From assembly GCF_009914755.1 (NCBI RefSeq), contig NC_060941.1: a stretch of 64,000 nucleotides of DNA. The stretch is one strand, 5' to 3'. Both the position numbers and the translations under genes were made by a program. This document shows positions 29,088-42,229 of this stretch, piece by piece. The notes under the pieces are model-generated. The model was not told where the DNA came from. It made no database searches and saw only the letters and a list, made by a program, of their open reading frames with translations. The stretch is from the human T2T-CHM13v2.0 reference genome, Homo sapiens. Position 1 is the stretch's first letter, and every line of letters starts with the position of its first letter.

Positions 29088-30829
29088 TGTATATCAAATA
29101 AGATCATTAATGATGCATACAGATATTTAAATATTATAAACCAACGTTTAAAAAGAATGAATAACATGTTAATTTATATAGACTATCTGATTACAAAGCA
29201 GAAGGCATCACTGCACACCGATTAAAATAAATATAAACCAGAGTGTTTCAAGGTAAACCATATGGTAATTCTCTTGATGGAATTTCCAGTTTCCCTCCAG
29301 GGGTTTTTGGTTGTGTAATGATGGAAGAATGTCTCACTTTTGACCCCCAAAAGAGAGACTTTTAAAATTAATTAATTGACGCTTGCAGCTTTGTCAATGA
29401 TCTCTTTTGCTCTGAATTGAAACTTCTGGGCTATCATTTAAAAATGAATCTTAGGTTTGGCACAAAATTTGGGATTTTGAAGCCTACTTCATGAGTGGGG
29501 GATGAATGTCTCTATGCTGCATAGGAGCTGAAGGCAAAGACAGACACACACCTACTGCTCTGGCTCAAACAACTGAACATGGTTTCAGTTAAATTCTGAA
29601 AGTTGGCTGAAGCAGGGTGATTATTTTTATTTTTTTATCTCCAAAAATAGAAATAAACTACCCCTATTATTTCGTCTCATGATTTCTGACTTCAGCCCCA
29701 CCAGCTATTAATAAAAAATACAATAGACTTATCTTTCATAAAATTCTTTAGGATTAAATTTCTAAGTATACTAGTTACAATGAGGAGAAGGAGCAGAAGG
29801 AGAAGGAAGAGGTAGGTGTTAAAGGGGAGAAGGAAAACCAGGAGAACAATTAGCCATTTCAGCAGCTAGTTTTTGTGCTGCTCTCTACTATGACACCAAT
29901 GTTCATTAAGAACAAGTTTTCATCAAACCTCTGATCAAAGATAATAGTGTTGAGAAACTTGCCCTAATCAACTATCCCAAATCCTCATCTGCTCCAAGAG
30001 CACTTTGTACATGCCTTTAATTATGCACAATGGCATTTAATTTTGTTTTGTTGTGCTTTCTTTGCTTCCGTATGATGAGCTGTTGTTGTCGTGAGCACAG
30101 TGTCTGGCATGCAGCAGGTATTGTGTAACTCTGTGTGGACTGAACTGAAAGTCTAGGCAATGCTACATGTCACAGTGCTTGGCAGCATCCCTCATTGCAG
30201 AGGAGCTCCCTCTCATTCCTGTAGAATCTTGTAGCTCTTCTCTCATTTGGATATTGGGGATGGTTGCAAAGATCTATACCTGGAAACATTTGTTCCTAAA
30301 ATAAAAAGGAGCTGCAAAAACACAATCTAACCTCTGACATCTGTTCTTTCTCTCCAGGAGGTCAGAATAATACTGGAAGTCCTCCATCTATTTCTCATCA
30401 TCTCACTCTTGAGTGTGCACTGCCAACAATGTCCCTGAATGAAGAGCCACTGATTACATCTAAGTTTTGGCTGTTGAAAGGAAGTTCTACGTATAAGAAA
30501 GTGCATTGGACTGACAGTCAGGTCAGCATCTGGATTGTGCTGTGAGCTCTCGTATGTATCACCTCATGTGATCTTCGTGATCACTTTGCAAAATGTGGAT
30601 TTTGCAAAATGAGGCCACAAATAGTCGCCTTTCTCCAATTTTCTCATTTCTTTGACTTTACTTTGTGACTTTTTGGATTGTTGCTTACGGTATGCTACCT
30701 AAAGTTTTTCTCACTTCAGAGAAGAGGAAGCTAGCTAATGCTGTCAGTGTCACAGGACACGTCATGCTTACAATGATAAGGTTAATATGTGGCACACCTC
30801 TGACTTGAACAAGGCCTGTTTGTTTACAA

Positions 30830-30977
30830 AGTCAATGGTTACACTCTTACCCCAGAGTTCTAGTCTCCATTCTGCTGCCAATTACCCGATGACCTATGTG
30901 ACTTTAGACATGTGAAATAACTGGGTTTTTTTTACTTTTGAAAAAAAGGAAGAGCATCAATGAGATAATTTCTAGGG
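30830..30977 (+). mobile_element. MIR relic
   Basis: gagttctagtctccattctgctgccaattac...tgtgactttagacatgtga. Confidence 0.45.
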
Positions 30978-31142
30978 CATTGCTTCTCAAATTTTACATG
31001 AATAAAGATAACCTTGGGATCTTGTTAAAAAGTGATTTTTTAATTCAGTAGGTCTAGCGTAGGGCTTGAACTTCTGCAGTTCTAGCAAGTTTCTAGGTAA
31101 TGGCGGTGCACCTTGTCCACAGATCACACTTCCAGTAACAAA
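30978..31142. mobile_element. MER5A-like hAT-Charlie MITE
   Basis: cttctcaaatttt...gatcttgttaaaa...attcagtaggtctag...tctagcaagtttctaggtaatg...atcacacttccagtaaca. Confidence 0.75.
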
Positions 31143-34089
31143 ATGGCCTTTCTTTTTATTTGTTTAAGAGTTTGATTCCAGAAAGAATGGTCACTACAAA
31201 GATAGGGATAAAGCTATTTTCTACCCAGTGTTCTTCCAGGTAACATTAGATAGGCTCTAATCCTAAGGAACTAAAGAAGACCTAAGTCAATCAGAAGCAT
31301 CCTAACATAATTGTTGTGTTGATGAGCAGCTCTGCATCCTTAACAGCAACTGCTACACAGCCAACAAGCTCTCATGCATGTCTCACAGCTCCCTGAATTA
31401 GATTCCAAAGACCATCTGCCTATGCCACAACTGGGGATGACTTTCCGTCTGTACTTAGTATTTCTCTGCCTTGCAATAACTGCCAAGCATCCAAGAAGCT
31501 TCAGAGCCATTAAAGACAGAAACACACACGACTCATTTTCTAGAGACCTATGATAAAAGACAATAGAGCTAGCATTATACAATGCAGCATGGTATGAAGA
31601 CATCTTTCTAATGCAGAGCAGGATTTGTTTAGTTTTAAAGCCAAGTATATCAGCAGATATGCTGCATAAAATAGAGTTGACGAGGAAGAACTTGGTGTTA
31701 CAGACTGCTGGGCCCATGAGTTCTCTGTTGCAACAAAATTTAATGGGCCATTGAGGCTTGAAGTTGTAATTCAACATAAACCCACTTTGAAAATTGCAAT
31801 TTGAAGTATTAGTATTTTATGTTATTAGAAGGTTTTGCTTTGAAATAATATTTTTAATTTTGCATTGGACATTAGGATATCAATACTTCATAGAAATGAC
31901 AATATATGGGAAAATGTTGATGTTGAGGCTGGAGGATGCCTCATCAGATTTTTTTCCCACATATTTTCTTGGAATACATTTGATAAATCATGGAAATAAT
32001 TCTTCCTTTATTATTGTCAGTAAATTCACTGGTCCCACAAATCGTATTTGTAAGAGTGATATTTTAAAAGGGTCAGAATTTTTTTTAAATGCCACAGTCC
32101 AAATTCATCTTTCCATTTTGGTCATTTTTATCTTATACAAGAAAAAAATACTAGATAATGTGTTTTTGTTTCTCTCTTACATAAAAGACTAAGTCAGTTA
32201 TCATAATTTACATGTAAATTGTGAGTCAGAGGAACATTTCTCAGCAGGTGGTTTTTCAGTGTTAGACTATCTTAGCAGAGAAGAAAGGACACATTGAACA
32301 TTCTCTTCTCTTCCACATTTTCGATCATCCAAGGTAGTGCCTATCTCAGATAGAAGTCAGAGTCAGCAAGTTAGTTGGCAAATGGGATTATGGGAGCTAA
32401 GAAAAGCCAGTGAGCAGCAATTTGACCAACTGCTAATATAGCATTCCTAAACATCAACAAAAACCAAAATAGTTCTGCCAGAATTTAAAATCACTAATAT
32501 TAAAATTTTGATTACACATTTTTTTTTCCTAACAATTCTTTCCTGAGGTGCCTAGTTGGCTTTTGACTACTGATTGGTTACAGTCATCTTTGTCTCTGCT
32601 GTCAGAAAGTACTAAAGCCAAGAGAAAAATGTATGAGATAAACCACTTTCCTTTTCAAACAAACAATGTGAGGTACATCATGCCAGTTAGTGACTGCCAG
32701 AATGAATCTTTTGAAATAAATCAGCAATTAGAAATCTCCATGTGCACAATTTTTTTCCATTTTATTGAGATAGTCTTCACTTCTCTTGTAGTACAACAAA
32801 GGATAAAATGGAGACAGAGACTCATTTAGTATAATATTATGTCCTGTGCTAGAGTATGGGTATGCCAAAAGCCAAGAATTTGAGAGTGGATTTTGGAAGA
32901 ATTTAAGAATTAGTTTTTTGCCTTTTCAATTGGGTGAATACGTATAAGATGATATATAAACTTGTTAAAAATAACAGAAACAATAAATAGTAGGTATTAT
33001 TTTCTTTTTTCTCCTAAATATGGAAGCCTTAAATTAAAAAAAAAAAAAACACATTCATAGCCATCCTTTTCAGTGTTTCATTTAAAAAATTCTAATGCAT
33101 GCACAAAGATAGTTAAAGAACTTTTATGCAAAGCTCCTTTCTAAGGTGGCTTGGCATCACAATTGAGGTTTTGTTACTCTCTTACATGTTAAAAACTGTT
33201 AACCATATAAGTATATATGCTAATTTTTACCACAGTAGTTAGCGACAGTAGGTAAAATATTAAAAACATGCCAATCAAATGAAATCTGTATCAAAAGTAA
33301 AAGAAACTCTTGAAATATGGTAGTAGAACTTCAGGGATCCATGGAAAACAGCCATTGATATACAGCCTGTCTGTAGTTTTTATATATTCCAAAAATTTTT
33401 TGTGCCTTTCTCCAAATGAGACCAACACATCATTTATATTGAATGGATTGGACATACATGTAGATAGATTAGGGTGGGTGATTTCAAAAACATCAAGCCT
33501 GCTCCCATCCCTCATTTCACAATCCATCTTATTATTAATAGTTAATGAATTAGTTTTTTCCATTACAAAAAAAAATACCAAGAAAGAAAATGTTTAGCAT
33601 TACAATTTCACTGAAAGGAGAATGCATTGCATTAAATTTTTTGTAAGGTGTGAATGACCAATATAGACTATTTCTGAATAGTTGGGTAAGACTAGGTTTT
33701 TAAAAAATGAGTTGAAAATAATTACATAATAAAAATGTTGAAGCTTAATGAATCCTTAATTGGATAATTTATTTTACGAACTGGTAAACAAGAAACACTA
33801 AAGAGCTATTTATTTGAATCAATGAAGTAATTAATGAATGAATCTATAACTCAGTGTATTGTTTTTGACATTATCTTGTAGGATGCTTTAGGGTTCCTCA
33901 AAGGTGCTTCAGGAGCAACCACAGGGCTGCTTGGGGTGTATTCAGTTTCTCCAGCCTTTAGTTCAATTCAAAGCAGTTTTACTTCCAAATATGCACAATA
34001 TTGAGTTTTGAAACCATATTTAAGATAGAAAAAAAGATTTGCAGTCATTGTGATCTGAATGATACTGTGGTCATGCTTTTAAAGTTTCT

Positions 34090-36320
34090 ATGGGATGTCA
34101 GCAAGATGTCTCTGGCTTTAAGCCCCCTCACAGAAAGTAAAACTAGCAATTGTCTACAGATAATAACACCTTGTGAAAATCCAAGAACCCAGAGATGATG
34201 CTGAAACACCTTTCTGGACACCAAAAAAAGAAAAAAAAAAGCACATTAGAAGGTTAACGGGATCAGTTTTACTCTGACTGTGTTGCCAATCTCCCAAGCT
34301 TACACAATGCCCCAATGAGAGAATTCCCCTGGGTTTAGTTTCACTAATGGTTAAAAAAGAGAGCCCAAGGTGGATATCCAGTTTCTCCAGTAATTGGAGG
34401 TGCTTCCCAGGAGGCCTAGTTCTACCTTGTTTCATGGGGAATACTCAGGAAATCAGCAGGGTTAGCCCACCTGTGGTCATCTAGAAACAAGTGGGGTAAG
34501 GCTCACGGCAACCAGTGCACAGATGTTGGCAGTTGTACACAATAGACAGAAGTCTATTGTGCCAGCAGTGATGCCCAATCAGAGAGAATAGCCAATGGCA
34601 TAGCTCAACCACAGAGCCTAGCTAGTGAACCCCAAAAACATGGCTGACTGTTCTACCTGGCTATAGTCCCTAGCTAGCCACTCCACCCAGCCTTTGGAGA
34701 CAAGCCTGAGACTCTGCCCAAACAGGTAGGCATGCTGTGCTCTTACATTTCTGCAGATCATAGCCTTTGGTCCTGCCTGACTAGAAGACCAAAAAGCACC
34801 TCTTCCCAGGCTGAGAGCCCAGCCTAAGACCCAGCCTGGGCAAAGAAGCAGACCTGTGATCCTACATATTTGCAGGGCAAAACATCTGGGTCCAAAAGAC
34901 AATGGAGTGAAACTAGCAGCCCAACCACAGGGCACAGCCCATGGCCCTGCCCCATCACAGGTCCTAATCTGCAACCTCACTTAAATACAGGTCACAGTGA
35001 AAGAACAGGTCACCAATACCATCTGACTGGGGAGTATCACTTCAACATGGAGTCCAGCCACCAATACCATCTGACTGGGGAGTGTAACCTAAGACCCCAC
35101 ATGACTAAGGGTGGTTGTGTACCCTAAAGGCAGCCCTGCCCAACTGTAGAGTCCAATTAGCAGCAGCACCTGCCCAGGCAACACAGCCTAAGATTCAGCC
35201 CTACCAGAAGTCATTAAGCAGCCTGGGCCAGAGACCCTGGATGACCACAGAACCAAGACACTGGTCTCAGTGACTGCAGAAGCAAACCAAGAGTTGCACT
35301 TGAACTCATAGCAGAGGTGACAGTCCTGCCCAACTAGAGAACCTGACATGAAGCCCTGTCTTCCTTAGGTCTCTACTGTAGCAGTGAAGGGAAACTTCCC
35401 ATTTACTCTTGGAGGGTTCACTGAAAAATCAACTGAAGAAAGGTAGATTAATAGGAGAAATGGCATACAGATTTATTGGTGTAAACAAGGGAAATGTACA
35501 GAATGATTATCCTAATGTGCAATGAATTGAGTACAGGTGGTTTATACCTTTCTTCTTGGGGGAGAGGGAGATTGAGAAATGTGGATAATTTTAAAGGGGG
35601 GTAGTAAATGAGTTTTAAGGGAATTTAATGGGCTTAAAAAACATACAACAGCCTGGGTCAAAGTCTGTTGAGTCCACAGACTAGGCAATAGTTTGTGACA
35701 AGAAGTCTATTCAGGTGTGTTGACAGACTTCAGTCTTTCTTCTTGTGCAATGAGTTCAGTTAATGAAAACTCATGGAAAGGACTACAGGCAATTGTTTCT
35801 TGCTTTGGCGAGTGTGAACTTTAGGCAGATAAGGGGACTTTAGAGAACAACTTCATCCTGTGTTTTAGGAGAAAGAATTGGGAAATAAGGGAGGATAAAA
35901 TGTCATAGAGACCATGAGGCCTCTCCTTCAAAGCACTACATTGTAGGCTAACAGTTTCTAAATTCCAACACTATCAACTGGTTCATCCAAAACCCAGGAT
36001 GAAATAACTGGTGATTGTCTATTTCTGCTGAAGCAAATCTATAAAGACAAGAAGAGGTGAGTGCTTCCTCAAAGGCACAGACTGGTGCAAGGATACGGAA
36101 TCATGAAAAATCAGAGAAATATAAAACAATCAAAGGAAACCAATAGGACACTACCAAATAAAACTAACAAAGCTCCAATAACGGACCCCAAAGAAATGAA
36201 GACTACTGAATGTACTGGCAAACAATGCAAAAGAATCCTCTTAAGAAAGTTTGATGAACTATAATACACAGATAGGCACATGAATAAAATTAGAACAATA
36301 ACATATGAATGGAATTAAAA
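34090..36320 (+). mobile_element. Old L1M 5'UTR and ORF1 start (interrupted by an LTR)
   Basis: Starts near cagcaagatg (34110). C-rich degenerate repetitive 5'UTR, then ORF1-like MKNQRNIKQSKETN...APITDPKEMK. Confidence 0.65.
35377..35970 (-). mobile_element. ERV1 solo LTR (MER39/LTR29-like)
   Basis: TG...CA termini and 4-bp TSD ctac/ctat. gattaataggagaaatggcatacagatttatt and tttaggcagataaggggactttagagaacaacttcatcctgtg match the MER39-group antisense sequence. Confidence 0.75.
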
Positions 36321-36531
36321 TTTTTGTTTATTTGTTTGAGACAGGGTCTCATGCTGTTGCCAAGGCTGGAGTACAATGGTGCAATCATGGCTCACTCTAG
36401 CCTGAAACCCTTGAGCTCAAGTGATTCTCCCACCACAGCCTCCCAAGTAGCTGTGACTAAAAGTGTGCAGCACCATGCCTGGTTAATATGTATTTTTTAT
36501 TTTTAGTAAAGATGAGGTCTTGCTACGTTGC
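36321..36531 (-). mobile_element. AluJ-like (3' two-thirds only)
   Basis: T-rich tail, gagacagggtctc..., gagctcaagtgattctcccacc, linker and part of the left arm. Cut off by an LTR at 36532. Confidence 0.88.
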
Positions 36532-36899
36532 TGTATTAGTCCGTCTTCACATTGCTAATGCTTGAGACTGAGCAATTTATAAAAGAAAGAGGTTTAATTG
36601 ACTCACAGTTTCTCATGACTGGGGAGTCCTTAGGAAACTTAAAATTATGGTGGAAGCCAATGGGGAAGCAGGCACCTTCTTCAGATGGCAGCAGGAAAGA
36701 GAAAAAGAAGGGGAAACTGCCATTTATAAAACCATCAGATCTCAAGAAAATTCACTCACTATCATGAAAACAGCATGGGGGAAACTGCCCCATGATCCAA
36801 TCACCTCTCACTAGGTCCTTCCCTCAATACCTAAGGATTACAATTTGGATTACAATTCAAGATGAGATTTGGTTGGGGACACAGAGCCAAACCATATGA
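36532..36899 (-). mobile_element. MaLR 3' LTR (THE1D/MSTA-like)
   Basis: tgtattagtccg...ggggacacagagccaaaccatatga. Confidence 0.88.
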
Positions 36900-38020
36900 T
36901 TCCACTGCTGGCCCCTCTCAAATCTCATGTCCTCACATTTCAAAACACAATTATGCCTTCCCAACAGTCTACCAAATTCTTAACTCATTCCAGCATTAAC
37001 TCAAAAGTCCAAGTCCAAAGTTTCATATCAGACAAGTTCCTTCTGCCTATGAGCCTGTAAAATAAAAAATAAGTTAGTTACATCCAAGATACAATGGTGG
37101 TACGGACATTAGTTACATCCAAGATATAATGGTGATATGGACATCGAGTGAATGTTCCCATTTTAAATAGGAGAAATTAGCCAAATATAAGGGGCTACAG
37201 GCCCCAGGCAAGTCCAAAACCCAGCTGGGAAGTCATAAAATCTTAAAGCTTTGAAATAATTTCCTTTGACTCCATGTCTCAAATTCAGGGCATGCTGATG
37301 CAAGGGGTGGGCTCCTATGGTCTTGGGCAGCTCCACCCTTGTGGCTTTGCAGGGTACAGCTCTGCAGTTGCCTTCATGGGTTGGGGTTGAGTGCCTGTGG
37401 CTTTTCCAAGCACATGGTGCAAGCTGTTGGTGGATCTACCTTTCTGGGGTCTGGAGGATGGTGGCCTTCTTCTCACAACTCTACTAGGCAGTGCTTCAGT
37501 GGGGACTCTGTGTGGGGGCTCCAATCCCACATTTCCCTTCCACACTGCCCTAGCTGAGGTTCGCCATGAGGGCTCTACCCCTGGAGCAGAATTCTGCCTG
37601 GACATCCAGGCATTCCATACATCCCTGAAATTCAGGCAGCGGTTCACAAAGCTCAACCCTTGCCTTCTGTGCATCTGCAGACCCAATATCACATGGAAGC
37701 CGTCAAAGCTTGAGGCCTGCGTCCTCTGAAGCAATGGCTTGAGCTGTACTTTGGCACCTTTTAGTGACAGCTGGAGCTGCAGTGGCTGCGATACACAGTA
37801 CAAGTCCTGAAGCTGCACAGAGGAGCCAGGCCCTGGGCCTGGCCTATGAAACCACTTTTCCCTCCTGGGCCTCTGGACCTGTGATGGGAGGGGCTTCCTC
37901 AAAGGGCTTCTGACATGGCCTGAAGACATTTTCTCCATTGTTTTGGCTGTTGACATTCAGCTCTTTGTTATTTACACAAATTTCTGCAAACTGATTAAAT
38001 TCATCCTGAGAAAATGGGTT
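36900..38020 (-). mobile_element. MaLR internal region, truncated (no 5' LTR)
   Basis: Reverse-complement homologous to ~1550-2622. ORF 37315..37956 is the degenerate MaLR ORF. Stops at gagaaaatgggtt. Confidence 0.88.
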
Positions 38021-38720
38021 CAATGGAGAGCTTCAAGAGAAGACTTTATCAACAGAAGCAAGAATCAGGAAACTAAAAGACACATCATGTAAAATTACCC
38101 AGGCAGAAGAACAAATAGAAAAAAAAATAAAAAGAATGAAGAAATCTTACTGAACTTAGATGACGCAATGAAAAGAAAAATATAATCACTTTGAAAATAC
38201 CAGATAAGAAAAAAGGGGAAAAGGGACAGAAAGTCTATTTAAGGAAATGATTGCTGAAAGCTTCTCAAGTTTGGGAAGAGAAATGGACATTCATATTTAC
38301 GAGGTTCAAAGATCCTAAATAGGTTTAACCCAAAAATGTCTACAACGAAACTTGTACTTAAATTGTCAACAGTCAAATACAAAAAGAGAATTTTGAAAGT
38401 GGCAAGAGAAAATTAACTTTCACATACAAGGAAGTTCTCAGAAGACTATTAGAGAATCTCACAAAAGAAACCTGGCAGAGCAGGTGAGAGTGAGTTGATA
38501 TATTAAATGTACTAAAACAAAATAAAACAACAAGAACAACAACCAAAACACTGCCAACCAAGAAAGGCATACCGAGCAAAGCAGAAATAAAGGAAAAATA
38601 CAGAAATTTCTGGATAAACAAAAGCTAAGGGAGTTTATAACCACTAGAATGCTAAAGGGGGCATTTCAAGCTGAAAGAAAATAACACTAATTAGTAACAT
38701 GAAAATTTATAAAAAGAGAA
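38021..38720 (+). mobile_element. Old L1M ORF1 (continuation of the 34090 element)
   Basis: caatggagagcttcaagagaagact...tttaaggaaatgattgctgaaagcttctcaagtttgg...gagaattttgaaagtggcaagagaaaa. Confidence 0.8.
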
Positions 38721-41700
38721 AAATCTTTAGAACTATCAGAGGACAAGCCCAATTATCTACAAAGACATGACAATAAGAACTATTGCTGACTTCTCATCAG
38801 CAACAATAAATATCAGGGCACAATGGAATAAAACTGTCCAATATCAATGAGACAGACAGAGAGAGAGAGAGAATAAAAGTACAAAACCTGTCAATATATG
38901 TCCAACTCAAGTAAAATATCATGTTGTCTAAAAAGAAGACAAAATAAAAATAATTTTTGAGGATTTTGTCAGTCTAAAACTTCATGAAAACACAATTAAA
39001 TTTTAGCAGGAGAAGCATGAGCAAAGGAACATGAGCAGTGGGAAGAAAAAATGGATAATAAATTGATGAAACATGCTGATGAATTTAATTAATAATAGCT
39101 TTTAAATAATTAATTTTTTCAAAGTTGTAAAAGTTTAGAATTAAAAGTTTTGACCATATAAAGCAACAAGAGAGGAATATTGAATATACATACTAATTTT
39201 GTTTTAGTTTTTTTAGGGAGGAAGATTACAAGCTATTGCTTAGTTTCACACTTAAGAATATTTATAGTTAATATTCTTACTTAATATTCACACTTAAGAA
39301 TATTTATAGTTGATATTAAAATGTTAAGTGTAATCATTAATGAAACAAAAATAAGAATGAATATTTTCTAAAACACTGAGGAGTAAAAGGAGATAGGGCA
39401 AGTATATAAATTTTCTGAATGCTGCAGAATGAAGAAAAAGAAAATAAACTAGGAAAAGCTTTGAGAAACAGTAAACAAATGATGTGAGAAAGCCAAACAA
39501 CATAACTTCATTAGAACTGTTGTTAATATATCAACATACTTTATTCTAGAGACAAATACTTATTATGTCAAATAGAAGAATAAAAAAATTCATCAATGTG
39601 TACTTGTAAGAACCACATCCAGAACAAATTCACATAGAAAGACAGGTCACACTAATATTAAATAATAATAGCTGTTTTGAGAAATTAATATCAGACAAAA
39701 TAGTACTTGAGTTTAAAAAATACACCAATAAAAACATACATTTTTCAACCATACATAGAATTTAAAAACATTTATGAAGATTTCAAGGAAAATTTCAAGT
39801 AACTACCAAAATATATTCCACAGCCAATTTTCTCTGATTACAGAGAAAACACATTACAGTTTTCAAAACTGGGTTTACAAAACATATGGGTAAAACAAAA
39901 TCATAATTAAAAGTATACAATTTAAGACAGATAATAAAAATTGCCATTAAAAAGTATAGCATACACCAAAAGCAATACTTACAGGGAATGTTATAGTCTT
40001 TAAAATACTGAGAACAAGAATTTTATAAAGATGAATTAAGCTTTCAACTCAAAAAATATACATGTATGAAATAGTAATTCAAAGGAGACTAAAGGAAGTA
40101 AATATAAAAACAGAAACTAATAAATAAGAAAATTTAATCAACATTAATGAGTAAAAAATATTGTAATAAATCAATAAAAATAAAATAAATTCAATCAGTA
40201 GTAATAATAAAATATTCCATCATAAGAGATTACCTAGTGAGTAACTGTTAAGGTTTACCTTGATTTCACAGTATGTATTGTTTTATATACATTGTTTCAA
40301 CAAACAGAATAAGAGAGTTCCCATGTATTTTGTGAGGTAAGCCTCATTAACAAATCCAAACAAGTACTATTCAAGGAAAGAAAAATTGACACTAACCAAG
40401 ATAAAAAATCTTAAAGTATTAGGAAATGAAATCCAACAATGTATTGATGAAATAATACTTCACATACAAGTGTTTTAAGAATGGGTCAAAATGAAGAAAA
40501 TCTGTCATTGAAATTCACCTCCTTACAGATAAAAAGAGAAAACAGACAACATTATCTCAATAGGCGAAGATAAAAGCTTTTGAAATAATGACTAATAAAT
40601 TATCGTAATTCTTAGTTAAATATGGATTGAAGGGAACTTCCCTAAAGCGGCTAAGCATAAATTGTGCCTACCAAACCCATGTCTTTTCTTTCTGGGCACC
40701 CAGGTGGATATTTCCCAGCATTCATTGCAGTTATGTGAGGCCATGTGATCGAGTTCTGCCAAATGTGCACCACTCCTGAATCTAGCCTATAAAATCCTTT
40801 CACTCATTACTTGGTCTCTTCTTCCATCTGTCAGCTAGATATCACTGCCCAGAATAACCTTGGATGCTAAAGATTAAAAGTAGCAAATACTTTAATGGTT
40901 TATGATCCCCAAATAACTATAATAGCATAAATATAATGTGTAGAATAATAAAAATGTGTTTTATTTAACTGAAATAAAACCTGATTGCAAAGTGAGATAA
41001 CCCCAGGTAATGGATTGATACATCAATTGCAAATATATAGATGTTGTCTCTGAATTAATGCGTACATTTAATTCTAGTTGTAGCAAAATTTGAAGAAAAC
41101 AATTCATTAAATATAATAGACTAATTTTAAAAAACTTATGGAAGAACAATGTTAAAACAGTATCTGAAGTAATTCTGAAGAAGGAAATGAGGAGGAGGGC
41201 TGGTCTCACCACAGAGAAAGAAAATTTATGAAGCTTTACTAGTTAATACAATGTGGTCTTGTCACAGGAATAAGTAAATAGACCAGGATGACAGAACAGG
41301 AGTTTCAGAAACAGATTACAGCATATATGAGAACTTTTTGAGAATGGAGGAGGTATTAGAATTTAATTTAGAGACTGAAGATTACTCAATAACTAGTATT
41401 GTTGGTACACTTGGCCTTAAATCTCCCTATAACACACTATACAAAACATGTATCTCAGAAGATGTATGTATTCAAATGTGAGAAACAAAAATTAGAGATA
41501 TATAGGAATATGGTTAGTATCTTGAGGCATAAAAGAATTGTATAAAGAAAACACAAAAATCAGAAAGCATAAAGAAAAACCTTACAAAATTTGATCACAA
41601 CAGAAATAAAACTACTATTAAGAATGAGACAATAAACAAAATTAAAAGTCAAAATACAGATTGTTAAGAGATGTTTGCAAAACATAAAACCAACAAGGTA

Positions 41701-42140
41701 TGAATTACACTTACAAATATTTAAGAAAAGGAAAACAATTACAAAGAAAAACAGGAAGATTGTGAAAGGACAACTCATAGAAATAAAAATAAAGATAGCC
41801 AATAAACTTATGAAAAAATATACAGTGTCACCAATAATTTGGGAGTGCAAATATAACACATATTTTAAAAATTAAGTACTATTCAATATTGCTACAGATA
41901 TTAAACAGTGACATTTATACCTTGATTTTGGCAGAATATCAACATTTGAAAAATTGTTTGGTGATATTTGATAAATATGAAGATATAAATATACTTTGCC
42001 ACTGCAATTCCATTTCTAGGAAAATACCTTGTACATACTCAGAAGGGAGTATATAAAAATGTTGATAAAATTATTTGTAATAAAAAAGCTCAAATGTCCA
42101 TCAGTGAAATACATACCACATTCATGATATTTCTTTTCTC
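38721..42140 (+). mobile_element. Ancient L1M (L1MC/L1ME-like) ORF1-ORF2 fragments
   Basis: Strong A skew. gctgacttctcatcagcaacaata (ORF1), aatatcagacaaaatag (EN), ccaaaagcaatacttacaggga, attatctcaataggcgaagataaaagcttttga (RT), gcaattccatttctagg (C-terminus). Confidence 0.65.
40662..40985 (+). mobile_element. Old MaLR LTR (MLT1I/J-like) inside the L1
   Basis: atatttcccagcattcattgcagttatgtgaggccatgtgatcgagttctgccaa. Confidence 0.55.
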
Positions 42141-42229
42141 TGGAGAATGAAACAGAAACTTCAAATTTAATTTTTAAAACAAAAATATCTGAAGCAAATA
42201 TGTTAAAATATGTGAAGAACCATAGCAAG

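Noticed and set aside
30584-30612. Short local repeats (tttgcaaaatg x2; also agactttaaaa at 58371 and caagatttac at 60928)
   Set aside because: 10-11 bp slippage duplications, expected at background frequency.
31340-32192. 145-aa and 132-aa ORFs in unique DNA
   Set aside because: No recognisable domain, composition typical of random AT-rich frames, and no supporting exon structure.
37315-37956. 213-aa ORF (and 1157..1985 ORFs)
   Set aside because: Degenerate MaLR internal sequence, fragmented by stops and frameshifts.
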